Source of the DNA: Octopus sinensis
Lineage: Eukaryota
Reading direction: 5' to 3'
NCBI RefSeq assembly: GCF_006345805.1
Contig: NC_043002.1
Location: 9,796,001-9,860,000 of the forward strand
DNA length: 64,000 nt
The translations under genes were made by a program, and so were the position numbers. Shown here in pieces: positions 1-11,530 of this stretch (the stretch's first letter is position 1; each line of letters starts with the position of its first letter). A model generated the notes under the pieces. The model had not been told where the DNA came from. It saw only the letters and a program-made list of their open reading frames with translations, and made no database searches.

Positions 1-128
1 AAATGAAAGAATGGAGTCGAACGAAGATGTTAACAAAATTCCTTTACTCTCGACATATGTTTTTATTCCAAAGGAATAAAGGGTGCATTATGCAATCTTC
101 TCATCAGGAAAGAAAGGGAGCCTCTCTC

Positions 129-363
129 TGTTATGTAACCATCACAACAAACATGAACAATCAACGTTGCCCATTGTCTCCCTTGATACAAGGACATTCA
201 GTAAGTTTCCCGCCACAACAAATACCTTGTACAACAACGGCAGTCTAATAAAGTATCTCGTATCGTTAACACGTTTTTTCAGTCTCTCTTATTTTCTTAA
301 TCTTTCATACTAAGTACTCACTACTTCCTTTAATACTCAATACATTATATATATATAACAACA
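129..363 (+). repeat. 5' LTR
   Basis: Direct repeat of 4392-4626 with 3 substitutions in 235 bp. Confidence 0.95.
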
Positions 364-366
364 ACA

Positions 367-377
367 TGGTGTCAGAA
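367..377 (+). promoter_or_regulatory. Primer-binding site, probably tRNA-Leu
   Basis: TGGTGTCAGAA lies 3 nt after the 5' LTR and is complementary to a tRNA 3' end ...TTCTGACACCA. The tRNA identity is from memory. Confidence 0.75.
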
Positions 378-444
378 TACTAAAAGAACCCAAAATACAG
401 AAACAAAAAGAAAAAAGAAGTTGAAATCATACTTCAAAGACGAA

Positions 445-3400
445 ATGGAAAATTTACCGCATCCAAAAGACCTAGACTTTAATCAGGAAAATGTAGCCGC
501 AGCATGGAAAAAGTGGAAAAAAGAATTCAATCTCTTTTTGATAGCAACAGAAAGTGACATGAAGTCAGACAAAGTAAAAACTTCAATGTTTTTAACTTGC
601 ATCGGTTCCAAAGGCCGAGACATCCATTCCACTCTGGATTTCGATTCACCCGACGAAGAAATGAACCTTCAAACAGTAATCGAAAAATTCGATGCATATT
701 GTGAACCAGGAAAAACATAACTTTCCTGAGACACAAATTCTTCACATGTGGACAAGCGGAACATCAAAAATTCGATGAGTACGTGGTAGAGTTGCGCCAA
801 AAGGCACAACAGTGCGAATTCGGCAACCTCACAGACAGTCTCACCAGAGATATTCTGATATGTGGAATCAGAGACATGAGATTAAGAGAAAGATTATTGA
901 GAGAACCAAATTTAGACTTACAAAAAACAATTCAAGCAGGTCAGAGCAAACACGACTCCAATCAAGGATGCTAAATGCCACATCCGAAACAAGAGATAAC
1001 GAAATCTCGAGGGTATATAGTCAACACGACAGAAAAGGCGCCAAAACTCAAATAACTCGCCATATGCAATCCAGACATCAAAATGAACAAGGCGGAAGTG
1101 ACAGAAAGCCCGCGAAGTTTCAAGCGCCAAGTCAACACTACGTCACTAACTGTCACTATTGTGGTTATAATCACAAAAGAAATAAATGCCCAGCATTTCA
1201 CAAGACATGCGAAAAATGCAAGAAACAAGGACACTATGCAAAAATGTGCAAATCAAGAAAATTTGTACATAAAGTAGAGATACATACCGACGATGAATCA
1301 GATGACGATACACATGCACTCGAAATGATCACTGCAAATAATTCCCACGTGCACAAAATCGAAAAGTTCAAGACTCCAAAAGACATTTGGACGGTCGAAC
1401 TAAAAGTGAACAACTCGAATGTAACCGTACTGCCATTCAGAAAATATAAAAATATAATTCCAAAACCACAACTGCAAAAAACCTCAACTCGATTATCAGC
1501 TTACAATAACACAGCTATAAAAGTGCTAGGAAAATGCACAGCAGTCATTAAATACAAAGAATTATCAAAACAAATAAAATTCATTGTTGCAAAAACAAAC
1601 TCGCACGCAGTTATAGATGCAAAGACAGCTAAAGATCTGAACCTAATTCAGAGAATTTCAAAAATAAATTCGTCGAACACAAACGACATAATAGAAAAAT
1701 ATGAAGACTGTTTCAGAGAAATCGGCACTTTGTCAATAACACATCATATCACAGTGGATCCACAAATAACTCCTGTAATTCATCCACAAGATCGGTTCCT
1801 TTTTCTATAAAAGAAAAACTCAACAAAGAATTAAAAAGAATGACAGAATTAGGTATCATAAAACCTGTTAGTGAACCTACAAACTGGGTAAATTCCCTAG
1901 TCATCGTTGAAAAAGCCAACGGAAAACTCCGACTCTGTTTAGACCCCAAGAATCTAAACAAAGCCATAAAAAGGCAACATTTCAAACTCCCTACAGCGGA
2001 GGACATTTTTGCACAAATGCATAACCCTAAATATTTTTCGAAACTCGATGCATCTAATGGATACTGGCAAATTCCAGTTGACGAAGAAAGCTCCCATCTG
2101 TTAACGTTCAACACACTTTTGGAAGGTATCGCTTCACACGACTACCCTTTGGAATTCACAGCGCCAGTGAAGTTTTCCAAAAAGAAATTGCAAAAATAAT
2201 AGAGGGCATAGAAGGAGCAAAAAATTCACAGGATGACATCATAATCTGGTCCAGCACTTTAGAAGAACACACAAATAGACTACAACAAGTTTTCGATCGA
2301 ATCCGAAAGCACGGATTAAAGTTAAATAAATCAAAGTGTATCTTCTATGAATCACAAATCACGTACCTTGGGCATCTATTAACCAGCGAAGGGATAAAAC
2401 AAGATCCAACCAAAGTACAAGCAATCATTCACATGCCACTGCCAACAAGTAAAAAAGAATTACAAAGATTCCTAGGTATGACAAATTACCTATGTAAATT
2501 TTTATCTAATTACTCCGAAGTTACAGCACCATTACGCCAGCTTCTACAGAGTGACACGTTATGGTCATTCGACAAACCACAAATCGAAGCAATAAAAAAG
2601 CTAAAAGAAATGATTACCAGAAAACCAGTGCTACAATTTTATGATCCAGATCTACCAATAAAAATAACTACAGATGCTAGTAAGCATGGGCTCGGAGCGA
2701 TACTTGAGCAGAAACACAACGAAAGATGGCTACCTGTTTCGTTTGCATCTCGTGCAACAACTCAAGCAGAACAAAACTACTGTCTGATAGAGAGCGAAGG
2801 TCTCAGTATAGTTTTCGCATGCAAGAAATTTCATCAGTTTATATACGGAACTCATTTCAGAATCGAAAATGACCATAAACCGTTGAAGCAAATATTCAAA
2901 AAATCGATCACTAAATGCCCCCCCCCCCAGAATCCAAAGATTTCTACTAACATTACAAAGATATGATTTTGACCTAAACCACATACCTGGTAAAGAATCA
3001 ATTGTTGCAGATACCCTATCACGTGCATACCTAGAGCAAAATACTCCAGAAGTATCAGACGAAGATATGAAATCGCACATACATGCAGTAATAGAAAATT
3101 ACCCCATAACCGACACTAAATTAAACGAGTATAAAGAAGCCACTGTAGACGACCCGTCACTACAGACACTCATCACATATACAAGAACAGAATGGCCCCC
3201 AAAAGACATCATACCAATAAACATCAAACCATTCGTCTCCGTTCGTGATGAAATATCAATCGTCAATGGTCTCGTTCTAAAAGGTTCAAGAATAATTGTA
3301 CCTAAGTCATTACGTAGAGAAGCTCTACAGGAAATACATACCGGACACATGGGTATCTAAAAATGCATAGAGAGAGCGAAGGAATGTATATACTGGCCTG

Positions 3401-4353
3401 GCATTAACGCTCAAATCAAAGACATGATTAACACATGCTCATACTGCATCGACTACAAAAACCAACAATCAGCCGAACCACTAATAAATCATGAAATACC
3501 TACTACACCATGGACCAAAGTGGGTACAGACGTATTTCACCTGTCTGGAAATTCGTATGTCACAATTATTGATTATACAACAAGATTTTTTGATCTACAC
3601 GAAATAAATGATTGCCAGTCAAAAACCGTTATCAAAAAATTAAAAGAAACTTTTGCGAAATTCGGAATTCCGCAAACAGTTGTAAGTGACAACGGTCCAG
3701 AATTCAATTCGGCTGAATTCAAAAAATTTGCAAAAAATTGGCATTTTCATCACACGAAGACAAGCCCGCATTATCATCAAGCAAATGGCATGGTTGAGAG
3801 AAATATACAGACAATAAAAAAGACGCTAAAAAAGGCATTCAAAAGTGGCGAAGAACCTCAGTTAGCGCTCTTAGCATTACGCACGACTAAATTACAAAAT
3901 GGTGCACCATCCCCTGCAAATCAAATAATGAATAGAACATTGCGAACAAATCTCCCAAACTTGCTACACGACAAAATTGGTATCAGGCCTCACGAAAAGA
4001 AGAAATCAAACATTACAACAGAACTCCCAGAGTTAAAACCACACGACACGGTTAGAATTAAGTTTAACAACAATTGGTTTAGAAGGGGCAAAATAATTAA
4101 AAAACTAGAGCAACCTCGTTCATACTTAGTAATAACAGAGGAAGGAAATACAGTCAAACGAGATAGACAACATATTCTTAAAACAAACGAATACGTTCGC
4201 ATAACAGAAGAATTAGATTATGAAAATATATTTCCAAAGTCAACAAACACGCATGAAAAAACAAAAACAGCACAACTACAGAATTCAACACTACAAAATA
4301 ATAAAACCACAAAAAGTGGACGACGAATAATTATTCCCTGTAGATACAGATAA
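445..4353 (+). pseudogene. Disrupted gag-pol polyprotein
   Basis: Two zinc knuckles (CHYCGYNHKRNKC, CEKCKKQGHYAKMC); RT (LCLDPKNLN, KLDASNGYWQ, QDDII); RNase H (TTDASKHGLG, ENDHKPL); integrase (GTDVF, SDNGP, NGMVER). At least five frame breaks, an in-frame TAA at 3358-3360 and no protease DTG motif. Confidence 0.93.
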
Positions 4354-4391
4354 AAAAATAAATAAATTAAAAAAAAAAGAAAAAAGGAAGA

Positions 4392-4626
4392 TGTTATGTA
4401 ATCATCACAACAAACATGAACAATCAACGTTGCCCATTGTCTCCCTTGATACAAGGACATTCAGTAAGTTTCCCGCCACAACAAATACCTTGTACAACAA
4501 TGGCAGTCTAATAAAGTATCTCGTATCGTTAACACGTTTTTTCAGTCTCTCTCATTTTCTTAATCTTTCATACTAAGTACTCACTACTTCCTTTAATACT
4601 CAATACATTATATATATATAACAACA
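4392..4626 (+). repeat. 3' LTR
   Basis: Copy of 129-363, preceded by an A/G-rich polypurine tract (~4370-4391). Confidence 0.95.
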
Positions 4627-4739
4627 CTCTCGACAACAAGACAAACAAAAACTTTCGATGACTGCCTACATGGTAAACAAAGCGATAATGTCGAGAGTAA
4701 AGGAATTTTGTTAACATCTTCGTTCGACTCCATTCTTTC

Positions 4740-4743
<4 letters not shown>

Positions 4744-4786
<43 letters not shown>

Positions 4787-4845
4787 TATGTATGTAAGTA
4801 TGTATGTATGCATGAATGTATGTATGCATGTATGTATGTATGCTT
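4744..4845. repeat. (TA)n/(TATG)n microsatellite
   Basis: Direct reading. Confidence 0.95.
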
Positions 4846-4999
4846 CTGTGCTGTATGTTTTATGTGTGTGGCTGTGTTTCTCGCTTCCAACACTTGTCAA
4901 TCAGTATGGATTCATTTACGACTTAGTGGTCCGAAAAATGACACTGATAGAATAAAAACCACATTTAAAAATAAATATGTTTAACACTGGTGTCGATTT

Positions 5000-5121
5000 C
5001 TTCCACTAAACTATTTAAGTTGGCTGCTGTCATCTAAACTATTAAACAACTAAAAGATAAAGAACCTCAATTTTAGTTCTTCTGTTGTTAAGAAATGGAA
5101 TGCAGCTTGTCACAGATTACC
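5000..5121 (-). other. Putative last (3' UTR) exon of the secreted Cys-rich gene; 3' end not determined
   Basis: Strong acceptor tttcattttcag|GGTAAT at 5122/5121 pairs with the GTAAGT donor at 5318-5313. Confidence 0.55.
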
Positions 5122-5323
5122 CTGAAAATGAAACACTTTTTAAAATAAAAAATAACAAGGATTTCCACGGTCTAGAAATGCTTACAATTGTATTTTTACA
5201 TCAGAATGTAATCTAACTGGAGTTAGAGGTAGAACGGAAGAGGACGTGTGTTACAAGGGCAAGTGAACAGTGATATGGTGAAAATGTATTATATAAGTCA
5301 AATCAAATATATACTTACTTTTC

Positions 5324-5466
5324 TTAACAATTTCCCCCCATTTTTGATGTGATTTCAACGCGTTTACCTCCCTTAATGTTGCACTTGTGTGTCCAGCATT
5401 CACCGTCTTCTAAGTTCGGCCAAGTTTTATTTTTCCCAACACATTTGCCATTATTCATTCGACAAT
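5324..5466 (-). CDS. Coding exon 3 of secreted Cys-rich protein: (Y)CRMNNGKCVGKNKTWPNLEDGECWTHKCNIKGGKRVEITSKMGGNC*
   Basis: Acceptor caacag|ATTGT, phase 1. Same C-x6-W-x7-C-x4-C spacing as the previous exon. GTAAGT donor 5 nt after the stop. Confidence 0.85.
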
Positions 5467-5598
5467 CTGTTGTTGATGAGAAAGCAAACAATATATATAT
5501 TAATTACTCTATTAAATAACTATCTTTGGACCAAAGATTCCTATAATGGTTGAAATCTTTGGGAAAAGGCCAGTAATTTCAGACGAACAGGTAAATCG

Positions 5599-6012
5599 GG
5601 CGATCTTTCGTCTCTAGTAGACCTTTCCGTCGATTTCCGTAAAAACATTTTTTTTTTACATATGGGCTTGCGGGAACTTTTGAAATAACGGGAGCGAAAG
5701 AGACTAAGAGGAAGCGATTTTATGACATTTTTTTTTTACATATATCATAAAATAAAAAAGTTATAAGGGGTTAAAACTGAATTTCGTTAAAAATCCATTT
5801 GTATTGTAAAAGTACCAGTAACAGTGTTCATAACTTCTTTTACTGAGTAATCTTTAACCCTTTTACTGCGGAAAAAACTTGCATGCTTTCTGAGATTCGC
5901 CAACACTACACCTGATTTTCTCCCCTCCATACACACACATATGATATATGTAAAAAAAAAAAATGTTTTTACGGAAATCGACGGAAAGGTCTACTAGAGA
6001 CGAAAGATCGCC
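5599..6012. mobile_element. MITE with ~65-bp TIRs and 8-bp TSD (Merlin-like signature)
   Basis: GGCGATCTTTCG...CGAAAGATCGCC; TSD GTAAATCG at 5591-5598 and 6013-6020. Confidence 0.9.
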
Positions 6013-6594
6013 GTAAATCGATTACATTGACTCTAATGCACCATAGCTACTTATTTTAATCGACTTGGAATGGATCAAATGCAAAATCGGCCTCGGCAGA
6101 GTTTGAAGTCAAATCTAAAAACCAGAAAAAGTTCCGATAATCACTTTTCCCGGCTTGCTAACTATTTTGCCAGTTCACCGTTAGAGTTTTTCATGTCTAG
6201 ATGTTTATTAGACGTAATTTATCAGGCACGTTTTTATCTCGAGTTCATATTCCTAACATCGGAATAGATTAAAGTAAATGTGCGTATATTTCCTACCTCG
6301 ATTTTGTGGGGAGAGTTCGGAGGCACTTTAATAAACATATACACCAGTAGCATGAAAGCTATTTAAAGCATTATATTCGGCTATAAATGTAAAACTTGCA
6401 TGAAAGCGGTTACGATCAGATCAGCAAAACTTAAATTGACTTGTAAGTAGCGGAGCAGACTACAGATACGCATCGCATGCCCTTAGCGCAATTCTGGAAA
6501 AAAATTCAATATGTAATAAGGGGCTGACCCTTCAAATTACAGGTACGAGTCATTTTTGCAGCTGAATGGATTGGAGCAATTTTTTTTTTTTTTT

Positions 6595-6822
6595 TTTTTA
6601 CTTGTTTCGGTCATTTTGACTACGGCCATGCTGGAGCACCGCCTTTTAATCGAGCAACTCGACCCCGGGACTTATTCTTTTGTAAGCCCAGTACTTATTC
6701 TATCGGTCTCTTTTGCTGAACCGCTAAGTGACGGGGACATAAACACACCAGCATCGGTTGTCAAGCAATGCTAGGGGGACAAACACAGACACACAAACAT
6801 ACACACACATACATATATATAT
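6595..6822 (-). mobile_element. SINE family A, 3' half
   Basis: Matches the full copies at 8478, 10215, 38141 and 41069; tail ...GAAACAAGTAAAA. Confidence 0.9.
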
Positions 6823-7531
6823 CAAAAGTGCATCAGGATGAGCACAACACTGGAATATCTGATATGGTTTAATGTAAATACAGTTGGCTTCCATAAACGT
6901 TTTCAAAGCCAGGAGTATACTGATTTCATTACTTTTAGCCAGAGTCAAAGAAACAGTGCATGTACTGGAAACACTCCCTCCTCACCTGCTCCAAAGAAGG
7001 CCAATATCGTTTCCTCTGCAAGGAAGATGAAGATTTCAGTTTTTGGAAAGCTAAAGATATTGTATTTATTGCCTATCTTCAAAAGGACCAATGCCATCGA
7101 TAAAGAATACTATGCGAACTTAATGAGGCAGTCAGGAAAGGCTATCAATACTAAACACCCAGGAAAAATTGATAAAAGAGTCTTTTGTTTCATGACGACG
7201 GTGTTCAAACATACAGTGGTCGTTCTCAATGACTCCCTTTGATCCTGATTTCGACCCATCTGACAATCATCCTTGACTGGGAACCAGGATCGAAGTGATG
7301 ATGACACCTTGTCTATTGCCGATGATTTATTGACCAATAGAATGAAAACTTATCCAGCGGTTGGATCGACGGACAGCAGCACCGATGGGAAACGTGGGTT
7401 GAACGCAAGAGGAACTATTATGACAAACCAAGCATTTCCATCAGAGAATCATAGTATTCTACGTCGATGGCATTGGTCCTTTTGAAGATAGGCAATAAAC
7501 ACAATATCTTTTCAGCTGAATCTCACACGTA
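6823..7531 (+). mobile_element. Degenerate mariner transposase relic (copy 1)
   Basis: SPAPKKANIVSSARKM, EYYANLMRQ, a PDFDPSDNH-like YSPDLAPSD motif and QHRWETWVERK across frameshifts. Confidence 0.85.
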
Positions 7532-7532
7532 T

Positions 7533-7768
7533 CTCTTTTACTCTTTTACTTGTTTCAGTCATTTGACTGCGGCCATGCTGGAGCACCGCCTTTAGTCGAG
7601 TAAATCGACCCCGGGACTTATTCTTTGTAAGCCCAGTACTTATTCTATCGGTCTCTTTTTGCCGAACCGCTAAGTGACGGGGACGTAAACACACCAGCAT
7701 CGGTTGTCAAGCAATGCTAGGGGGACAAACACAGACACACAAACATACACACACATACATATATATAT
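7533..7768 (-). mobile_element. SINE family A, chimeric 3' half at the duplication junction
   Basis: The left part matches the 8478 copy and the right part matches the 6595 copy. Confidence 0.85.
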
Positions 7769-8477
7769 CAAAAGTGCATCAGGATGAGCACAACACTGGA
7801 ATATCTGATATGGTTTAATGCAAATACAGTTGGCTTCCATAAACGTTTTCAAAGCCAGGAGTATACTGATTTCATTACTTTTAGCCAGAGTCAAAGAAAC
7901 AGTGCATGTACTGGAAACACTCCCTCCTCACCTGCTCCAAAGAAGGCCAATATCGTTTCCTCTGCAAGGAAGATGAAGATTTCAGTTTTTGGAAAGCTAA
8001 AGATATTGTATTTATTGCCTATCTTCAAAAGGACCAATGCCATCGATAAAGAATACTATGCGAACTTAATGAGGCAGTCAGGAAAGGCTATCAATACTAA
8101 ACACCCAGGAAAAATTGATAAAAGAGTCTTTTGTTTCATGACGACGGTGTTCAAACATACAGTGGCCGTTCTCAATGACTCCCTTTGATCCTGATTTCGA
8201 CCCATCTGACAATCATCCTTACTGGGAACCAGGATCGAAGTGATGATGACACCTTGTCTATTGTTGATGATTTGTTGACCAATAGAATGAAAACTTATCC
8301 AGCGGTTGGATCGACGTACAGCAGCACCGATGGGAAACGTGGTTTGAACGCAAGAGGAACTATTATGACAAACCAAGCATTTCCATCAGAGAATCATAGT
8401 ATTCTACGTCGATGGCATTGGTCCTTTTGAAGATAGGCAATAAACACAATATCTTTTCAGCTGAATCTCACACGTAT
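7769..8477 (+). mobile_element. Degenerate mariner relic (copy 2, tandem duplicate, 946-bp offset)
   Basis: Near-identical to 6823-7531, with about 7 substitutions. Confidence 0.85.
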
Positions 8478-8884
8478 CTCTTTTACTCTTTTACTTGTTT
8501 CAGTCATTTGACTGCGGCCATGCTGGAGCACCGCCTTTAGTCGAGTAAATCGACCCCGGGACTTATTCTTTGTAAGCCCAGTACTTATTCTATCGGTCTC
8601 TTTTTGCCGAACCGCTAAGTGACGGGGACGTAAACACACCAGCATCGGTTGTCAAGCAATGCTAGGGGGACAAACGCAGACACACAAACACACACATACA
8701 GACATATATATATATACATATATACGACGGGCTTCTTTCAGTTTCTGTCTACCAAATCCACTCACAAGACATCGGTCGCCCGGGGCTATAGCAGAAGACA
8801 CTTGCCCAAGATGCCACGCAGTGGGACTGAACCCGGAACGATGTGGTTGGTTAGCAAGCTACTTACCACACAGCCACTTCTGCG
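8478..8884 (-). mobile_element. SINE family A, full length
   Basis: tRNA-like head with A box TGGCTGTGTGG and B box-like GGTTCAGTCCC, internal (TA/TG)n and (GAGTAAAA)n tail. Confidence 0.92.
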
Positions 8885-9359
8885 TATGTTAACTGATGTT
8901 ACATACACATAAATATAGTTTAAGATGCTCACAAAATCTAATTCCTTGAATATACCAGCAAGGCAACTTCTAATTCAAGTTAGGCGTTGAAATATGAGAA
9001 TCGCTTATTATATTTGTCTTTAGCCCTCGGAATCATATTACCGGTTACTCATTTTCCATAGCGTTTAGGTAACCATGATCCCCGTGAACAGGACGCCTAT
9101 CCGTCAAAGGTTTTAATACCAGCAATATTTGAGGAGAGGTAACCAGTATATTTCATCGACTCCAACATTTGCCTTTTCCTTTAAATTTCGTGCCCGAAGG
9201 GATGAATGCCGAAGTTTAACATGGCGGAATCTCAGTACATAAAGATCCGGAAGAAATGCCGCAGAGCATTCTGTCCGAAATGTTAATGATTCTACTGCCA
9301 GCTCACCAGAACGGTTAGAGCGCCAGACAAAATGATTTGCGGTATTCAGCTACATTGGG

Positions 9360-9588
9360 CGGCGAGCTGGCAGAATCGTTAGCACACCGGACAAAATGCT
9401 TAGCAGTATTTCGTCTGCCGCTACGTTCTGAGTTCAAATTCCGCCGAGGTTGACTTTGCCTTTCATCCTTTCGGGGTCGATAAATTAAGTACCAGTTACG
9501 CACTGGAGTCGATATAATCGACTTAATCCGTTTGTCTGTCCTTGTTTGTCCCCTCTGTGTTTAGCCCCTTGTGGGTAGTAAAGAAATA
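9360..9588 (+). mobile_element. SINE family B, monomer with TSD
   Basis: Head GGCGAGCTGGCAG, B box GAGTTCAAATTCC, tail TAAAGAAATA. 19-bp TSD GGT(A/C)TTCAGCTACATTGGG at 9341-9359 and 9589-9607. Confidence 0.92.
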
Positions 9589-9883
9589 GGTCTTCAGCTA
9601 CATTGGGTTACGCACTGAGAACAAACCCTGCTGTGATGGACATTATCTTTCGTTAATCGAGTTAAATAACTTAAGAATCTGTCGATTACTAGGCTTGATA
9701 TAACTGTCAGTGCGGCGTGGTATATCAGTCTCACAGTTAATGCGAGTAGATGGTCAATAATGATCAGTTGCTGAAACTAACCTAATGCAATCAAAAGAAA
9801 GCAAATATAAACCTTCGTTGAGGTTTTGCTGTTTTAAAACTTGTAGTGAAAAAAGGAAACAAAAATTTTCTTTGTCAACTTAC

Positions 9884-10021
9884 AAACTCTTTTTACTTGT
9901 ACTTTCCATTGAGTCTCACTCATGCGCTGACACTGTTTCCGAGCGCACATAATATCGGTTTTTTCCATCCATTTTTCTCCGAATTTGCGGCATTTACCCT
10001 CGATTAAACATCCATTACAAT
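9884..10021 (-). CDS. Coding exon 2 of secreted Cys-rich protein: (D)CNGCLIEGKCRKFGEKWMEKTDIMCARKQCQRMSETQWKVQVKRV
   Basis: tttag|AT...T|gtaagt; 138 nt, symmetric phase 1-1, open frame. Confidence 0.88.
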
Positions 10022-10214
10022 CTAAATAAAAATACATATATTACAATATCTTCTAAGCTGTATTACAGAGTGGATAATTTTCTAAGGTAGTTTTATCGTA
10101 AACTAGCAGAAGGTAAAGCTGGTTCCTATTATATCCAACTGAGATAATCTCCTTTCCATCCTTCCAAATCATAAATGAAATCCCCTTGGATTTTTACCTC
10201 TTGTCCCACTTATT

Positions 10215-10618
10215 TACTCTTTTACTCTTTTACTTGTTTCAGTCATTTGACTGCGGCCATGCTGGAGCACCGCCTTCAATCGAGCAACTCGACCCCGGGA
10301 CTTATTCTTTTGTAAGCCCAGTACTTATTCTATCGGTCTCTTTTGCCGAACCGCTAAGTAACGGGGACATAAACACACCAGCATCGGTTGTCAAGCAATG
10401 CTAGGGGGACAAACAGACACACAAACACACACACACAGACATATATACATATACATATATACGACGGGCTTCTTTCAGTTTCCGTCTACCAAATCCACTC
10501 ACAAGGCTTTGGTCAGCCCGAGGCTATAGTAGAAGACACTTGCCCAAGGTGCCACGCAGTGCGACTGAACCCGGAACCATGTGGTTGGTAAACAAGCTAC
10601 TAACCACACAGCCACTCC
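10215..10618 (-). mobile_element. SINE family A, full length
   Basis: Homologous to 8478-8884. Confidence 0.92.
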
Positions 10619-10837
10619 AATAAAACAAATAAGTGTGTGGAATATATTGCCGCCATTTTAATAAACAAATGCGTTCTTCTATAAATGTTTCTCCTACCCA
10701 CGGGTTCGGTTTAGGCGAAGATGTTGGTTGTGGTGTGAAGTGGCAAATCGAACAAAAACAGGTAACTCCGGTATTCAGGTTTGGGTATAGGAGTTATTTC
10801 CCTTGCTTACAAGCATGAACACTAAAAAACAAAACTA

Positions 10838-10866
10838 ATAATAATAATAATATATAATAATAATAA

Positions 10867-10932
<66 letters not shown>

Positions 10933-11169
10933 TAATAATGATAATAATATAATAATAATGATAATGATGATAATAAAATAATAATGATAATAATAATAAT
11001 AATATAATAATAATATAATAATAATAAAATAATAATAATAATATAATAATAATAATAATAATAATAATATAATAATAATAATAATAATATAAAATAATAA
11101 TGATAATGAAATAATAATAATAATGATAATGATGATAATAATAATAATAAAAATAATAATAATATGATA

Positions 11170-11233
<64 letters not shown>

Positions 11234-11274
11234 GATAATAATAATATAATAATAATAATATAATGATAATAAGG

Positions 11275-11311
<37 letters not shown>

Positions 11312-11355
11312 TAATAATAATGATAATAAGGATAATAATAATAATAATGATAATA

Positions 11356-11386
<31 letters not shown>

Positions 11387-11435
11387 TATGATAATGATAA
11401 TATAATAATAATAATAATATAATAATAATAATAAA

Positions 11436-11468
<33 letters not shown>

Positions 11469-11527
11469 TAATAATTATAATAATAATAATAATAATGATA
11501 ATAATGATAATAATAATAATAATAATG
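10838..11527. repeat. Very long imperfect (AAT)n/(GAT) microsatellite, ~690 bp
   Basis: Direct reading. Confidence 0.97.
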
Positions 11528-11530
11528 ATA

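Larger units (their letters stand above)
129..4626 (+). mobile_element. Ty3/Gypsy LTR retrotransposon (Mag-like), structurally complete
   Basis: Two 235-bp LTRs with TGTT...AACA ends; 5-bp TSD CTCTC (124-128, 4627-4631); PBS; purine tract before the 3' LTR; domain order gag-RT-RNaseH-IN. Confidence 0.97.
1..4743. mobile_element. Short non-autonomous TIR element (MITE-like), interrupted by the LTR retrotransposon
   Basis: 1-56 is the exact reverse complement of 4688-4743. Only ~130 bp of internal sequence remains once the LTR element is removed. The right end abuts (TA)n; the left end may extend beyond the window. Confidence 0.75.

Noticed and set aside
83-313. ORFs 83-313 and 4391-4576 with nearly identical peptides
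   Set aside because: They are chance frames within the two LTRs.
6838-8188. Duplicated 134-aa ORFs (6838-7242, 7784-8188) as host genes
   Set aside because: They are mixed-frame reads of a decayed mariner transposase inside a tandem duplication.
9834-10037. 68-codon ORF taken as a stand-alone gene
   Set aside because: Its ends run into intron sequence; only 9884-10021, bounded by splice sites, is treated as an exon.
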